Assembly (NCBI GenBank): GCA_964016885.1
Contig: OZ024741.1
Coordinates: 320,106,001 to 320,170,000, forward strand
DNA: 64,000 bases
Direction of reading: 5' to 3'
From: Eledone cirrhosa
Taxonomy: Eukaryota
How positions within the stretch are numbered: the stretch's first letter is position 1; every line of letters starts with the position of its first letter. Shown piece after piece: positions 1-13,718 of this stretch. Both the position numbers and the translations under genes were made by a program. The notes beneath the pieces are model-generated. The model was not told the DNA's origin, made no database searches, and was given only the letters and a program-made list of their open reading frames with translations.

Positions 1-783
1 AAAACTAATAGAAAGCGATGCAAAGAGTACTTATGGTATAACCCCGAATACAATAGCTCCATTAGTACAAATTTACCAGTACTCTTCTTTAAAATAATTA
101 AAAGACATTTTCCCACATCACACAAATACCACAAAATCCTAAACCCTACCACTATAAGACTGTCATACTCTACAGCGTTAAACCTTGAACAACACATAAA
201 AAAGATCAATACTAGAAGGTTAAACGAAAACACTAAGAACTTAAGTACAAAGAACCCCAAAAAAACAGTAGACAATACACTACAGAACATAAATAAACCA
301 CACCTAAGTTCGTCCGCAATACTACTCCAGAGAAAACCCAACGTACACAACTGTAACTGCACCTATCCTGACAACTGCCCCCTCGGCAATAACTGCCTGG
401 AAAAAAATATTATTTATAAGTGTACCATTAAATCCGGAGGCAACGAGTGGTATTACGTGGGATCAACGGCAACATCGTTTAAATCTCGATTGTATAGGCA
501 TTCTTACTCAATAAAACACCAGAGCCAAAGAAATGTAACAACTTTAGCAGAGAAAGCTTGGACGCTCAGGGATAGCAATCAAAAGTTTACCCTAAAATGG
601 GAAAAATTAGCTAAAACCCAAAGCTTTTCCAGGAGCCAAAATTTCTGCAAATTGTGTAATCTTGAGATTTATTACATAATCACACACAAGAAGAAACTGC
701 TGAATAACAGAATTGAACGAACATTATTCTGCCGTCACAGAACTAAAACCCTTTTTTCCCACTACAAGCCGAATATTACATAA
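1..783 (+). mobile_element. 3' part of a Penelope-like retroelement ORF (RT thumb/linker + GIY-YIG endonuclease), Naiad-like
   Basis: Frame 1 reads from base 1 (WYNPEY..HFP..H..SYS), then CNC-x5-CPLGNNCL, YKC..YVGST..FKSRLYRH, CKLC..E, CRH, to stop at 783. Confidence 0.85.
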
Positions 784-1052
784 AAGAGGGACATCCCCCA
801 ACTATATAAACCTTAATCTAGTTAGAAAAATATAAAAACAATCTCTTTTCAACATATATTAATAACCTTAAATTACCATACTAATAATGAAAAGATATGC
901 TGATGAGAATAGGTACAAATATGCGATAATGAATGTGTCTAAAAACGTCCATAAGTATGTATATATATGTGAAAATGTATATAAATAAGTAAATATATAT
1001 ATATGTTTGATGTGTATAGTTAGATGTAAGTGTATTCATGTATTAAAGTGCT

Positions 1053-1085
<33 letters not shown>

Positions 1086-1102
1086 ATATGTGTGTATATA
1101 TG

Positions 1103-1135
<33 letters not shown>

Positions 1136-1729
1136 ATGTATATGTATATATGTATATATATATGTGTATGTATGTATGTGTATATGGATGTGTATGTATG
1201 TGTATGTGTGTACACATGGACTAGAGTATGTATGTATATATGTGTGTGTCTATACGTGTGTATATATAAAGATAAGTTGAGTATGAAAATGTATACACAT
1301 GAGCGCGTATGTATGTACATGAATACAAGTGTGTATATATATGTGTATGCATGTGTGTATATATATGTAAGTATGAATATGTGAATTGTGAGTATATGTA
1401 TTTTGTAGAGGTGTGCAAATATATTTGTGTGTGAATGCGTGGGTGAAAGAATACGTACACTTGAAAGAAAAATTTAAGTCTGAATGTTAAGTGCAAACAC
1501 AAAACCAACCACGCATATCTTTACTATCTCTAATCCTTCTATAGATTTAGAAAAATAACCAATAATATATTCTATAAAAAATGTCAAAACAACAGATGGG
1601 AATCTAATTAATCACTGCCACCAAGAATTCTCACTGCTATCGAAAAACCACTCCTTCAACTATTCTTCTAACAACTTCACCCCTTCCTCCTAATATTCTC
1701 TATAAAAACTAAATAGGTCCTCAGTAATA

Positions 1730-1846
1730 TTATTCTGATGAAATGACAGTAAACAATAACATTGAAATATTGAATGTCTGCATAACTAAAAGTTTGTAGA
1801 TAGCTGTTTTAGGTTATGTAACTGTTATAGAAACACGTGTCAATAA
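1730..1846 (+). ncRNA. Minimal type I hammerhead ribozyme, probably in the pLTR of the upstream PLE
   Basis: TTATT-CTGATGA-aATGACAGT...(about 70 nt)...ACTGTTATa-GAAAC-ACGT-GTC-AATAA; palindromic stem III; followed by (TA)n. Confidence 0.7.
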
Positions 1847-1880
1847 ATTCCTTTCAACTAAACTGTATCCATTCAAATCT

Positions 1881-1939
<59 letters not shown>

Positions 1940-2100
1940 CATATATACATACATATATATATATATATATATATTAGGGTTAACATTGATGCAATTCAAT
2001 TCAAGCACTCAACGTACTTTTTCCACATAGGAGTGACGGAGTAAATATCGAATAAGGAAAAGCGAAGTAGTTTCAGATGTTCAAGTCCTTTAATAATAGT

Positions 2101-2174
2101 GCTGTGATATATATTTCGATGACGACACTGGCCACACTGTTCCGTGTGCGAGTGTCGTGTCATCATCAGACAGC
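2101..2174 (-). ncRNA. Minimal type I hammerhead ribozyme
   Basis: Reverse strand: GCTGT-CTGATGA-..ACGACACT..AGTGTCGT..-GAAAT-ATAT-ATC-ACAGC. Confidence 0.75.
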
Positions 2175-2663
2175 TTGTTACATAATAAGGTTATGTTTCC
2201 GAGGCAATCCGAACTGAATCGACATGGGAACGGATGAAGTTCGTACTTTTGGGTTTTTCATCCACACGACACTCATATATATATATATATATATATTGGT
2301 AAACGGAATAGAAAATGCTGACAAATTGTTCACAGTTGAAAAATGGTTTAATTAGGAATAAAAGAGTATTAGTGATTGTATGGGTTAGTATTCGGTTGTG
2401 GTTTTAAGTTTTTAAGTTTTTACCGGTTGCGCATTTCTAAATGCTTTTCAAAAATAATTTTGAGATAGAGTGTCCGTGCTGTTTGCTCTGATCTGATTAG
2501 TTTTGGGAATTCTACCTGTTTTTATGTTAAAAAAATTGGCTCCAGCGTTATTTTTGTGTTGCAAAAATGCTTGTGGTCAAAACAATTTTGATTGGTCGGT
2601 AGAGGTCATGTGGATAAAAAATTGTTTTTGCGCCAAGATTGAGAAATGACTCTTTCACAACAA

Positions 2664-2711
<48 letters not shown>

Positions 2712-2773
2712 TAAGGTATTCGATGCTGCGACAATAGCCAGCAGCGATGTGTGTCAAATGGCTATTAAGATAA

Positions 2774-2808
<35 letters not shown>

Positions 2809-2861
2809 CAGCAGAGTCATTCGAAGGTCAAAGGATATTTTTCAGCTTTTCACGACTCCAG

Positions 2862-3395
2862 TGCGTGACTGATACTTTATTTTATCGACGCCATAAGGAT
2901 GATAGGCAAAGTTAACCTCGGCGGCATTTGAGCTCAGATCATAAAGAGCCGTAACTCTATGATGCAAAGCCTCGCGTCCGACCTTCTACCGATACTGCCA
3001 ATCCACCGCCCAAACATTCATAATAATTGTTTCTACTTTTGGCACATCGCCAGCAATTACCCAGTGCATTACTGGTACTTTCTTTTATCGACCCCGTCAG
3101 GATGAAAGGCAAAGTTAACCTCGGGGGGATTTGAACTCAGAATGGAAAGGGCCGTAACTCTATGCGTCAAAGCATGGTGTGCGACCCTCTGTCGATACTG
3201 CCAATCGACCGCTTTACAATCATAATAATTGTTTCTACTTTTGGCACAAGGCCAGCAATTACCCAGTGCATTACTGGTACTTTATTCTATCGACCCCGGA
3301 AGGATGAAAGGCAAAGTTATCTTCGGCGGGATTTGAACTCAGATCATACAGGGAGGTAACTCTATGCTTCAAAGCATGGCATCCGATCCTCTACA
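2862..3395 (-). mobile_element. Three tandem copies of an octopod-type tRNA-derived SINE
   Basis: Reverse strand has A box (TGGCAGTATCGG), B box (GAGTTCAAATCC) and the core CTTTCATCCT..GGGGTCGATAAAA..AGTACCAG, repeated three times. Confidence 0.85.
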
Positions 3396-3675
3396 ATCAT
3401 AATAATGTGTGCTTATGTGTGTTGGGCATATGAGTTTGTTTATGTGAGTTTATACGTGTATATATATATGTGTGTGTGTCTATAAGTATGTATGTATATA
3501 TGTATGTGTATATGTATGTGTATGTATATGTGTGAGTGTATATAAAATGAAGGTACGTGCATCTATAGTTTCCTCGATTATAAAAGAAAATGAAACCTAG
3601 CTGTGTACATATAATAGTCGGGAAGAAAAACAGTATAACATAAATATTTTTGTAAAATATTTTCTTTTCTTACGG

Positions 3676-3681
3676 TTTATT
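3676..3681 (-). promoter_or_regulatory. Candidate polyadenylation signal of gene A
   Basis: AATAAA on the minus strand about 110 nt downstream of the stop codon. Confidence 0.5.
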
Positions 3682-3790
3682 ATCAATTCATAATATATTT
3701 TTTAACACTCATATAATTCATTTTATAGATTAAATATTCTAACATATTATTTACTCTCTTTCTGTTCCTGAAGAATCTTCCCCCTCTATC

Positions 3791-4122
3791 TCAGCCGCTG
3801 CCACCGACCAAAGCTTCTCTCTGCAATTTAACACTCTCTCCAAGTAGCTTATAAGCATTTGTCATCATTTCGTAGGCTTTGAATTGTGCGTACATCGACT
3901 TGGTCAAAATGGCTTCCATATTACCACTGCGTGAGGATTTTGGTATCGTTCCTCTCCAACTTGACTTTCTTTTGTCGTCATCGTGATCGTCATTGTGGTT
4001 TTCATAGCGGGGTTTTCTATGTTTGGGCGAGAAGAGACTAGTCCAAATGTTGCTGGCATCTCTGCCCAAATCTCCGAAGAAATTGTCAGGATGATGACGT
4101 TTGTTAGGTTTCTTTTCACCAT
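3791..4122 (-). CDS. Gene A exon 2 (terminal coding exon) of an uncharacterised small secreted protein
   Basis: Acceptor tctttcgttttgttacAG at 4123; open 332-nt exon (D)GEKKPNKRHHPDNFFGDLG...YAQFKAYEMMTNAYKLLGESVKLQREALVGGSG*; phase matches exon 1; paralogous to 42896-43239. Confidence 0.85.
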
Positions 4123-4204
4123 CTGTAACAAAACGAAAGACACCCATACAGACATATGTTAATTGCCGTATATATGCACACACACATGCACGTACACACA
4201 CGCG

Positions 4205-4207
<3 letters not shown>

Positions 4208-4252
<45 letters not shown>

Positions 4253-4312
4253 AATATAAATATAAATTCAGCGAGAATCGCATTTCGGCGGGTAGAAAAA
4301 GCGAAACGAACG

Positions 4313-4355
<43 letters not shown>

Positions 4356-4415
4356 AATATAAATATAAATTCAGCGAGAATCGCATTTCGGCGGGTAGAA
4401 AAAGCGAAACGAACG

Positions 4416-4505
<90 letters not shown>
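4208..4505. repeat. Two copies of a unit of about 65 bp separated by (TA)n
   Basis: TTTAAATATAAATATAAATTCAGCGAGAATCGCATTTCGGCGGGTAGAAAAAGCGAAACGAACGC at about 4248 and 4352. Confidence 0.85.
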
Positions 4506-4509
<4 letters not shown>

Positions 4510-5190
4510 AACATGGGAAGAAAGAGGAATACTGCGTGGTTACACATGGGTTACATATTATAAAATTAATCCCTCATCAGTGATTTTCCAACCATCATTG
4601 GTATTTCATCGCATTAAAAATCAGATACATCAGGTTAGTGCGAGCAATAACTAAAATAAGCTATTGAGACAAGTGAATCGCGTAAAGCGAGTGAGACAAG
4701 TAAACAACATAGAAGGAAAAGCAAACAGAAGGTAGGAAAACAGCAAGCAACATGATGGTTATCCGGTCAGCATAAGGTGGGTGAATTTTATGAGCGGTCA
4801 GAAAACAGACCGTCCGCCGTGAATGAGATGTGAGAAAGAAAGAACCCCAATCCTAACGAACGGGAGGAAGTGAGAAGGGGAGAAACAGAGAGTGAGTGAG
4901 TGGAAGTGCGAGGAAGAGGTCAGTCGAGAGAAAGTGTAACTGACAGAGGGGGCGAAAGAAGGTGAGAGAAACAGAGAGAACGAGGGAGCAGTAAGAGAGA
5001 AAGAGAGAAACAGATAATCGCAGTCGAGGTAAATATGTATGAAAAACATGGGAAGAAAGAGGAATACTGCGTGGTTGCACATGGGTTACATATTATAAAA
5101 TTAGTCCCTCATCAGTGATTTGCCAACCATCATTGGTATTTCGTCGCATTAAAAATCAGATACCTCAGGTTGGTGAGAGCAATAACTAAC
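4503..5190. repeat. Direct repeat of about 150 bp (about 4503-4655 and 5038-5190), probable pLTR-like remnant
   Basis: ATGAAAAACATGGGAAGAAAGAGGAATACTGCG...GAGCAATAACTAA occurs twice; minus-strand CTGATGA core with a degenerate GAAA. Confidence 0.7.
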
Positions 5191-5426
5191 GTGGTTTTGT
5201 CTTTGCGTGTAATTGTCCTCCCGCGCCAAATAATGACGTATTATCTTCGTTTTTTTTCGTTCTTTGCCAGGAATTGTCTCTACAAACCAAAGTATCGTCG
5301 TTCTGTCTTCCTTCGGTTGCAACGCTTTTCAAAATATTTACTTCTGCGTTCACAGATTGATTATTTTAGTTTCAGAAGATACCGTTAAGGGTGAAAGCAG
5401 CGATTCTTTGCTTAAACTTTAATCTG

Positions 5427-5492
<66 letters not shown>

Positions 5493-5677
5493 GAAGAAGA
5501 CGGACGATGGACGATTGAGCAGTGATTTCGAAACTAGAAATAGATAGTAGCTTAACCGCTATTTGTACCTTCCTAGATGTCTCCCTCCCAATTTGTTGTC
5601 TTTTATCCTGCCCCCTTATGGTTACTATATAAACTGTCTTTCAATCCTGTGAAAATTTAGTCTCTCTCCCTCTCTCC

Positions 5678-5756
<79 letters not shown>

Positions 5757-6115
5757 CATATATATACATATATATACATATATATATATATACATATATA
5801 TACATACATATATATACATATATATATATATACATATATATACATATTTATACATATATATATACATATATATACATATATATACATATATATATACATA
5901 TATATACATATTTATACATATATATATATATACATATATATACATATTAATACATATATATATATATACATATATATACATATTTATATATACATATATA
6001 TACATATATATATATACATATATATACATATATATATATACATATATATACATATATATATATACATATATATACATATACATATATATATATATATACA
6101 TATATATACATATAC

Positions 6116-6166
<51 letters not shown>

Positions 6167-6177
6167 CATAAATATAC

Positions 6178-6216
<39 letters not shown>

Positions 6217-6331
6217 CATAAATATACATATATATACATATATATATACATACATATATATATACATACATATATATACATATATATACATATATATATA
6301 CATACATATATATATACATACATATATATAC

Positions 6332-6466
<135 letters not shown>

Positions 6467-6547
6467 TATATACATATATATATATACATATATATATACA
6501 TATATATATACATATATATATACATATATATATACATATATATATAC

Positions 6548-6578
<31 letters not shown>

Positions 6579-6621
6579 CATATATATATACATATATATA
6601 TATATATACATATATATATAC

Positions 6622-6704
<83 letters not shown>

Positions 6705-6711
<7 letters not shown>

Positions 6712-7008
6712 AAAAAGGGATGAAATCGAAAATGCAACTGAAGTCTTATTTTTTTTTAAAATATATATATTTATTTGGTTCCTTTACCGGTTTCGCAGTT
6801 CTTCTGCTTTTCAAAAGGTGAGTTGAGATGGAGGGTCTGTGATTTTTCTCACATCTGGATGTGAGAAAAACCACAGACCCTCCATCTCAACTCACCTTTT
6901 GAAAAGCAGAAGAACTGCGAAACCGGTAAAGGAACCAAATAAATATATATATTTAAAAAAAAAATAAGACTTCAGTTGCATTTTCGATTTCATCCCTTTT
7001 TCTTTATA
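6705..7008. repeat. Near-perfect palindrome (arms about 150 bp) with a degenerate hammerhead; PLE pLTR remnant
   Basis: 6705-6855 is the reverse complement of 6858-7008; contains CCTT-TTGAAAA-GCAG..CTGC-GAAACCGGTA-AAGG. Confidence 0.85.
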
Positions 7009-7072
7009 CTTCCACTCGTGTAGGACACCTCGGTTATTTTTCATTTTGTAAAAAAAACGTCACTTTCTAATA

Positions 7073-7246
<174 letters not shown>

Positions 7247-7277
7247 CATATATATATATACATATATATATATATAC

Positions 7278-7380
<103 letters not shown>

Positions 7381-7402
7381 CATATATACATATATATATA
7401 GA

Positions 7403-7441
<39 letters not shown>

Positions 7442-7767
7442 TTATATATATATATATATATATATATACATACTCATATATATATATATATACATGTATA
7501 TACATACATATATACATATATATATATATACATACATATATATACATATATATATACATATATATACATATATATATATACATATATATATATATACATA
7601 AATATGTATATATACATACATATATATACATATATATATATATACATAAATATGTATATATACATATATATACATATATATATATACATATATATACATA
7701 CATATATATATACATATACATACATATATATATATATACATATATATACATATATACATATATATAC

Positions 7768-7798
<31 letters not shown>

Positions 7799-7839
7799 CA
7801 TATATATACATATATATATATATATATACATATATATAC

Positions 7840-7872
<33 letters not shown>

Positions 7873-7883
7873 CATATATATAC

Positions 7884-7932
<49 letters not shown>

Positions 7933-7965
7933 CATATATACATATATACATATATATATATATAC

Positions 7966-8006
<41 letters not shown>

Positions 8007-8050
8007 TATACACATATATATATATATATATATACATATATATACACACA

Positions 8051-8187
<137 letters not shown>

Positions 8188-8189
8188 GT

Positions 8190-8237
<48 letters not shown>

Positions 8238-8296
8238 GTATAGATATATATGTATAATATATAAGAACAAAAGATGGTTAAAAGAGTTCCATGTGT

Positions 8297-8362
8297 TTTA
8301 TTATGCGCATTTCAAAAACAAATATCATCATGCAATAATATTTGTGTTTTCATCAGATAAAA
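8297..8362 (-). ncRNA. Minimal type I hammerhead ribozyme, sense to the gene A pre-mRNA
   Basis: Reverse strand: TTTTAT-CTGATGA-AAACACAAATAT..ATATTTGTTTTT-GAAAT-GCGC-ATA-ATAAAA. Confidence 0.7.
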
Positions 8363-8523
8363 CATGAAGACATGATATGAATATATATATATATATGTAT
8401 ATATATGTATATATATATGTATATATGTATCTATATATGTATATACACATATATATATTTACATATATAAACATATATATATATATATATATATACATAT
8501 ATATACATATATATACATATATA

Positions 8524-8565
<42 letters not shown>

Positions 8566-8577
8566 TATACATATATA

Positions 8578-8613
<36 letters not shown>

Positions 8614-8709
8614 CATATACATATATATATATATACATATATAAACATATATATATATACATATATATATATATACATACATATACATATATATATATAT
8701 ACATATATA

Positions 8710-8749
<40 letters not shown>

Positions 8750-8779
8750 CATATACATATATATATATATACATATATA

Positions 8780-8867
<88 letters not shown>

Positions 8868-9999
8868 CATATATATACATATATATATACATATATACAT
8901 ATATATATAGAGAGAGAGATAGATATATAGATATACATATATATACATATATATATATATATATAAATATATATATATATCTGCGTGTGTGTATGTGTAT
9001 GCATACTCATCATATACCTACATTCACATTAACACGTTATACTCCCGTATAACAGGAACTCCTACGAACTGAAATGCAATCCAAACCGAAAATTTGGATA
9101 GACCAATTTTAGTTCGTCATGTAGTTAAGTGCTCGTCCATCATACACGTAGAATCTTTTGCTAATTCCAGGGACCAGCCGCTGGCTGGTAAGTTGTTTGG
9201 CCTGTTCCTAGTTGCGTTTCCTTTTTTATGGACGATATAATACAATTATTTATCGTTCTATCACAATTTACACATGTGTGAACTACGCTTCTTGAAAAAG
9301 AATTGTTTAGACCAATAATGGAGTACAGCGAACTCTTTTATTTTGAGTTATTTTTAACAGAGTGGGCTAAAACTTTGATTATCTTTGACATGGGCATTGG
9401 GATCTACACCTTACTCTATTACTTACGTACATCTACGAGGACAAATCTGTTGAGAGTTAAATCGTTTGACTGTAGAAACTTTACAATGAACCATACCACA
9501 CTATGTTAACTCCTGGGAGTTATGCCATCAGGTCTGCTGAATATTAAGTGTTACTTAATGCTCACAGCTGAATTAACTATACCATATTGTGGTACCTAAT
9601 TACAACTAAATGGATTAAATACTTCTGTCTTTATTTTCCTTTCATCTCTCTTTCTTGATTTACTTTATAGCATTTGCTACTACTTCCGTGTGTTCCTTTT
9701 TGATCTCTTCATTGTTAGTCTTTCAAAGAAATTACTAGTGTAAAAGAAAGCAGGCTGAACGAAAATAAACAGTATCAGAAGCTATAGTTGTAGAGACACA
9801 CACGTATATACTCACACAAACACACTTATATTCATATGTAAACGTTTATACTCATATAGTAATACAAACAAAAGAAAAATATTTAATCATACTAAGATAA
9901 ATCTAGAAACACACATTTAGTGCTAAACATAATAATTTAAGAATTCAAACATAATAATTTAAGAATTCAAAAATAAAATAAAATAATTATTTAACTTAC

Positions 10000-10081
10000 C
10001 AAATCCACCCAAAAATTTGAACGCATCAGATGTCAGCACAGACACCGCAAGAACACAGAATACGATACTTAGTGAGTTCAT
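10000..10081 (-). CDS. Gene A exon 1, encoding a signal peptide
   Basis: ATG at 10081; MNSLSIVFCVLAVSVLTSDA|FKFLGGF plus G; 82 nt ending at consensus donor G|GTAAGT; phase 1 joins exon 2 as GAT (Asp). Confidence 0.85.
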
Positions 10082-10124
10082 ATTGAGAAGACGTTTGTTG
10101 TATTCAATCAAATTAATGAAAGAT

Positions 10125-10156
10125 GAATGATGATAGAAATTATCCCTGTATTTATA
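10125..10156 (-). promoter_or_regulatory. Core promoter of gene A: TATA box and initiator
   Basis: TATAAATA at 10156-10149 and an Inr-like TCATTC at 10130-10125, about 45 nt before the ATG. Confidence 0.7.
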
Positions 10157-11489
10157 GTTATGCCACTGACCCTCTATTAGATTAAATAATCTTAGCTGGC
10201 AATTCCTGCTAACACAATATACATAACAATATATACGTGGTTGCTTAGCTTAATGTCGGACAGGTGAATCAACAAAGCAGACGATAATTTCATGGGGAGG
10301 GGGAATTGATAAAATCAGACGATAGATTGGTGGAAGAGAAAGAATGAATAAATCAAGCGATACGTTGGCGGGGATGGAGAATTAATAATGCATATGATAG
10401 ATTAGAGAGAGATACAATGACGAGAATCTAAAGTCTTTGGTAAACAATGTATTATCAGGTGGTTCAGATTGTAAATAGAAATATTGTTTATAATATCTTA
10501 TTTTATATTCACTAAAAGATACTTTCAGATAACTTTCATACTTATTTTCTCAGAATTAAAAGTTTTCTTTGAAATGTTGACTCTGGGCAAATATAAAATC
10601 TGTTAAAGTCTAATGGACTTGTGGATTCTTGTACATATAACATTTCTACAATATTATAATGTAATAAATCCACCATCGAATCTGTCTTATACATGTATAG
10701 GTATGGACCTCCGTCGGTTTCAACGATGAGACGACTGTTCCAATTGTTCGATTATCGGAAGAGCCTGCTTGTGTATGTAGTTGAGCATTACAAAGACATG
10801 TGTACTCACAACCTAATTCTCAGAGGAATTCAGTGTGACATCACGTTTAACAAGACTGGTCCAGTGTATCCGATCGAGTTCCAAACAGCTTCTGTCTGGC
10901 CAATTACTCTTACAATTCATGGGTCGATGTGAGGCTGACGTAAATGACTTTTAACCAAGATGCCACGCAGTGGGACCGAAGTTAACATGTAATGATTGCG
11001 AAACGAAATTCGTAATCAATCGGCTATGATGCATCCGCTAGTATCACCCATATAATCATGTTCGATTGATATGACACGTGTATCACTGATATGGTTCTAT
11101 ACAGGTGGTAGTGTTATATTGTTGCTTAACACCAGATAATTTCTGATAGAATATAGTTATGATCAAACCCATTACATCTGCTACGACCTATCTGTTTTCT
11201 TTTATTTTAGACATAGTGTTTGTAGAACTCAATTATCCATTACATTCTTCCTATGATAAGACGATAGGGTGTGATTTAAATGAGATTTGGTTGCTATTTC
11301 TAACATGTGTTTTATGGCACTTGGGAAAAACTTTATCGTTATACAATGTCGTTATTATTTAAGTTCTTGCTATATTTGAAGGTATCATGTGGTGTTTATA
11401 TTGTCTGAATTAGGTTACAACATTAGGCGATAGCACACTAAGTAGCATTATAGTAGAATACTAGAAGTCATCCTGCTGCGTTTTTTTTT

Positions 11490-11850
11490 ATCATACTCTA
11501 AGAAATGTTACTGTCAACATCATACATGTGAACAGAACAACTTTCACACAAAAGCAACCCAGTGGAATTCTTCCTATATGTTATTCATCATTCTGTCAAC
11601 AGAATCTTGAATTACATTCAACTGAAAAAAAAATCAGCAATATGAATTGTTTATCATGTAGATATATGGCAGAGATGTTCATATAAGTATTCATACAGCG
11701 TCACACCATTAACTGATTCGCCACCGTCGCCACATTCCCCATTACTATCGTAAACACCATGACATCTGCACACACTTTACAAACACTAACGCATTACCCA
11801 TGTATCCCGCTATCATAGACAAACACAACAGTGCAATATCCACTCTATTG
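11490..11850 (-). pseudogene. Possible decayed class A GPCR fragment (TM1-TM3)
   Basis: IALLCLSMIAGYMGNALVF (GNxLV-like), YIYMIN / IADFFFS after a frameshift, then G-x-x-LC or PLGCFCVK; many stops. Confidence 0.25.
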
Positions 11851-12311
11851 TAATCATTACAATTACCATGATCAATCTTACCATCACCACAACTAGAGGG
11901 CATGCACATCACAAACGATAAGCAATATGGTAGAATTAATGTTTTGCCCAATTTAATGCAACCTCTTGGCAATCGAGTGTTTTTAGCAGAGTCCATTCTG
12001 TTTGAATATATTTATTATTCACTCCCTGCCACCCGTTTCGAAATAGATACCGTAGAAGACATTCAACTCACTCCACTATAGATATGTATTATAAAGAGGC
12101 ACAATCTATACAGTTGTGTATATGTGCTATATAGTGGCACATCTACTTTTCTGAAACATGCAGTATTAAAGTATAACTAGACCACCTGTGACCCATTGCG
12201 ACACGTCCGCTAAAAAATATATTATTTTATATCATGGTCCCTTAAAAATAATTCTTAAATAATTAAAATATACACACACATGTATATAATGTAAAATGAA
12301 ATCGGAAGGCC

Positions 12312-12355
<44 letters not shown>

Positions 12356-12360
<5 letters not shown>

Positions 12361-12938
12361 GTAAGTATGTATGTATACGTACATACATATATGTATACAG
12401 ACGTACAGTAGCATGTATATATATACATACAGGCACACATATATATATGCACGTATCAGTTTACCGAACATTTATTATAATGCTCGGTTTGTTCGTTTGT
12501 AAACAAACAAACAGCCTGAATTACGCCGTACAGTGTTTAGGCAACCACGTCACCTTTTTGTTCAACACTGATACAGGAACGATGTACTAGTTTCAAGCTT
12601 ATTAGCTATCGTCAGCACCGTATACCTTTCTGCCAGATGGTTGAACGTCCGAAAGTATATACTTTCCTTATGAAAATTAACGGCTGAGCAGCCTAATTTG
12701 CATATCGAGTGAGTTCAGTCGGCCAGGAGCACCGAAAACGATAAATGGAATAGAATGAAACGAAATTTCATTTCTCACTCTTAGTACGGTTTACAAACGA
12801 ACAAACCGAGCATTATAATAAATGTTCGGTAAACTGATACGTGCATATATATATGTGTGCCTGTATGTATATATATACATGCTACTGTACGTCTGTATAC
12901 ATATATGTATGTACGTATACATACATACTTACATTTAA
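12356..12938. mobile_element. Non-autonomous PLE-type element with inverted arms of about 145 bp; related copy at 35150-35810
   Basis: 12356-12503 is the reverse complement of 12789-12938; internal hammerhead; similar sequence at 35150-35810. Confidence 0.7.
12579..12621 (-). ncRNA. Minimal type I hammerhead ribozyme
   Basis: Reverse strand: ACGGTG-CTGACGA-TAGCT-AATA-AGCTT-GAAAC-TA-GTA-CATCGT. Confidence 0.7.
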
Positions 12939-12965
12939 GTAAGTGCCGTACTAAGAGTGAGAAAT

Positions 12966-13718
12966 GAAATTTATGCTCATCAGTGGGTGAGAAATTAGTA
13001 TCCTAGACACTTCTAAGTATATTAAGAAACTGAACAGTGTGTTATATATAATATTAGCGCACATGGCATCTCAGCGCGTCTCACAAACTTACATCACTAA
13101 AAATAACAGCCAGGTCTATAGTTAGTATTCTTTTCACCTTAGCGAATCTGGTCCCTTACGATTTAAACACATATATGTATATGTCTGTGTTCGTTTTTCT
13201 TTTATATTCAATTATAATATACGTTTCGGAAATATCTCTTTCTTAGAGCTATTTGGTTGTAAGAGACTATTTTGAGTTCCTAACTCAATATATACCTTTG
13301 ATATATTCGGCTCCGTTAAAGTGAAAAGAATACTAACTATAGACCTGGCTGCTATTTTTAGTGGTGTAAGTTTGTGAGACGCGCTGAGATGCCATGTGCG
13401 CTAATATTATATATAACACACTGTTCAGTTTCTTAATATACTTAGAAGTGTCTAGGATACTAATTTCTCACCCACTGATGAGCATAAATTGCTAATTATA
13501 TTCACAATTAATTTTGCGAAACAACACCAAGTTGTCTGGGTGATCGGTAGTTACCACAATTCCAGTTTGTATTTATTGTCTTGAATTTGTCTTAAATTCA
13601 GACAAGCAAACCCAATTGTCTATAGTTAGTATTCTTTTCACCTTAGCGAATCTGGTCCCTTACGATTTGAACACATATATGTATATGTCTGTGTTCGTTT
13701 TTCTTTTATATTCAATTA
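12966..13718. repeat. Inverted (about 12966-13138 / 13321-13490) and direct (about 13116-13213 / 13618-13718) duplications
   Basis: Matching segments read directly from the sequence. Confidence 0.75.

Noticed and set aside
4123-4201. ORF-track N-terminus MCVRACV... of the 3791-4201 ORF
   Set aside because: Intronic read-through; a good acceptor at 4123 and a signal-peptide exon at 10000-10081 explain the gene better.
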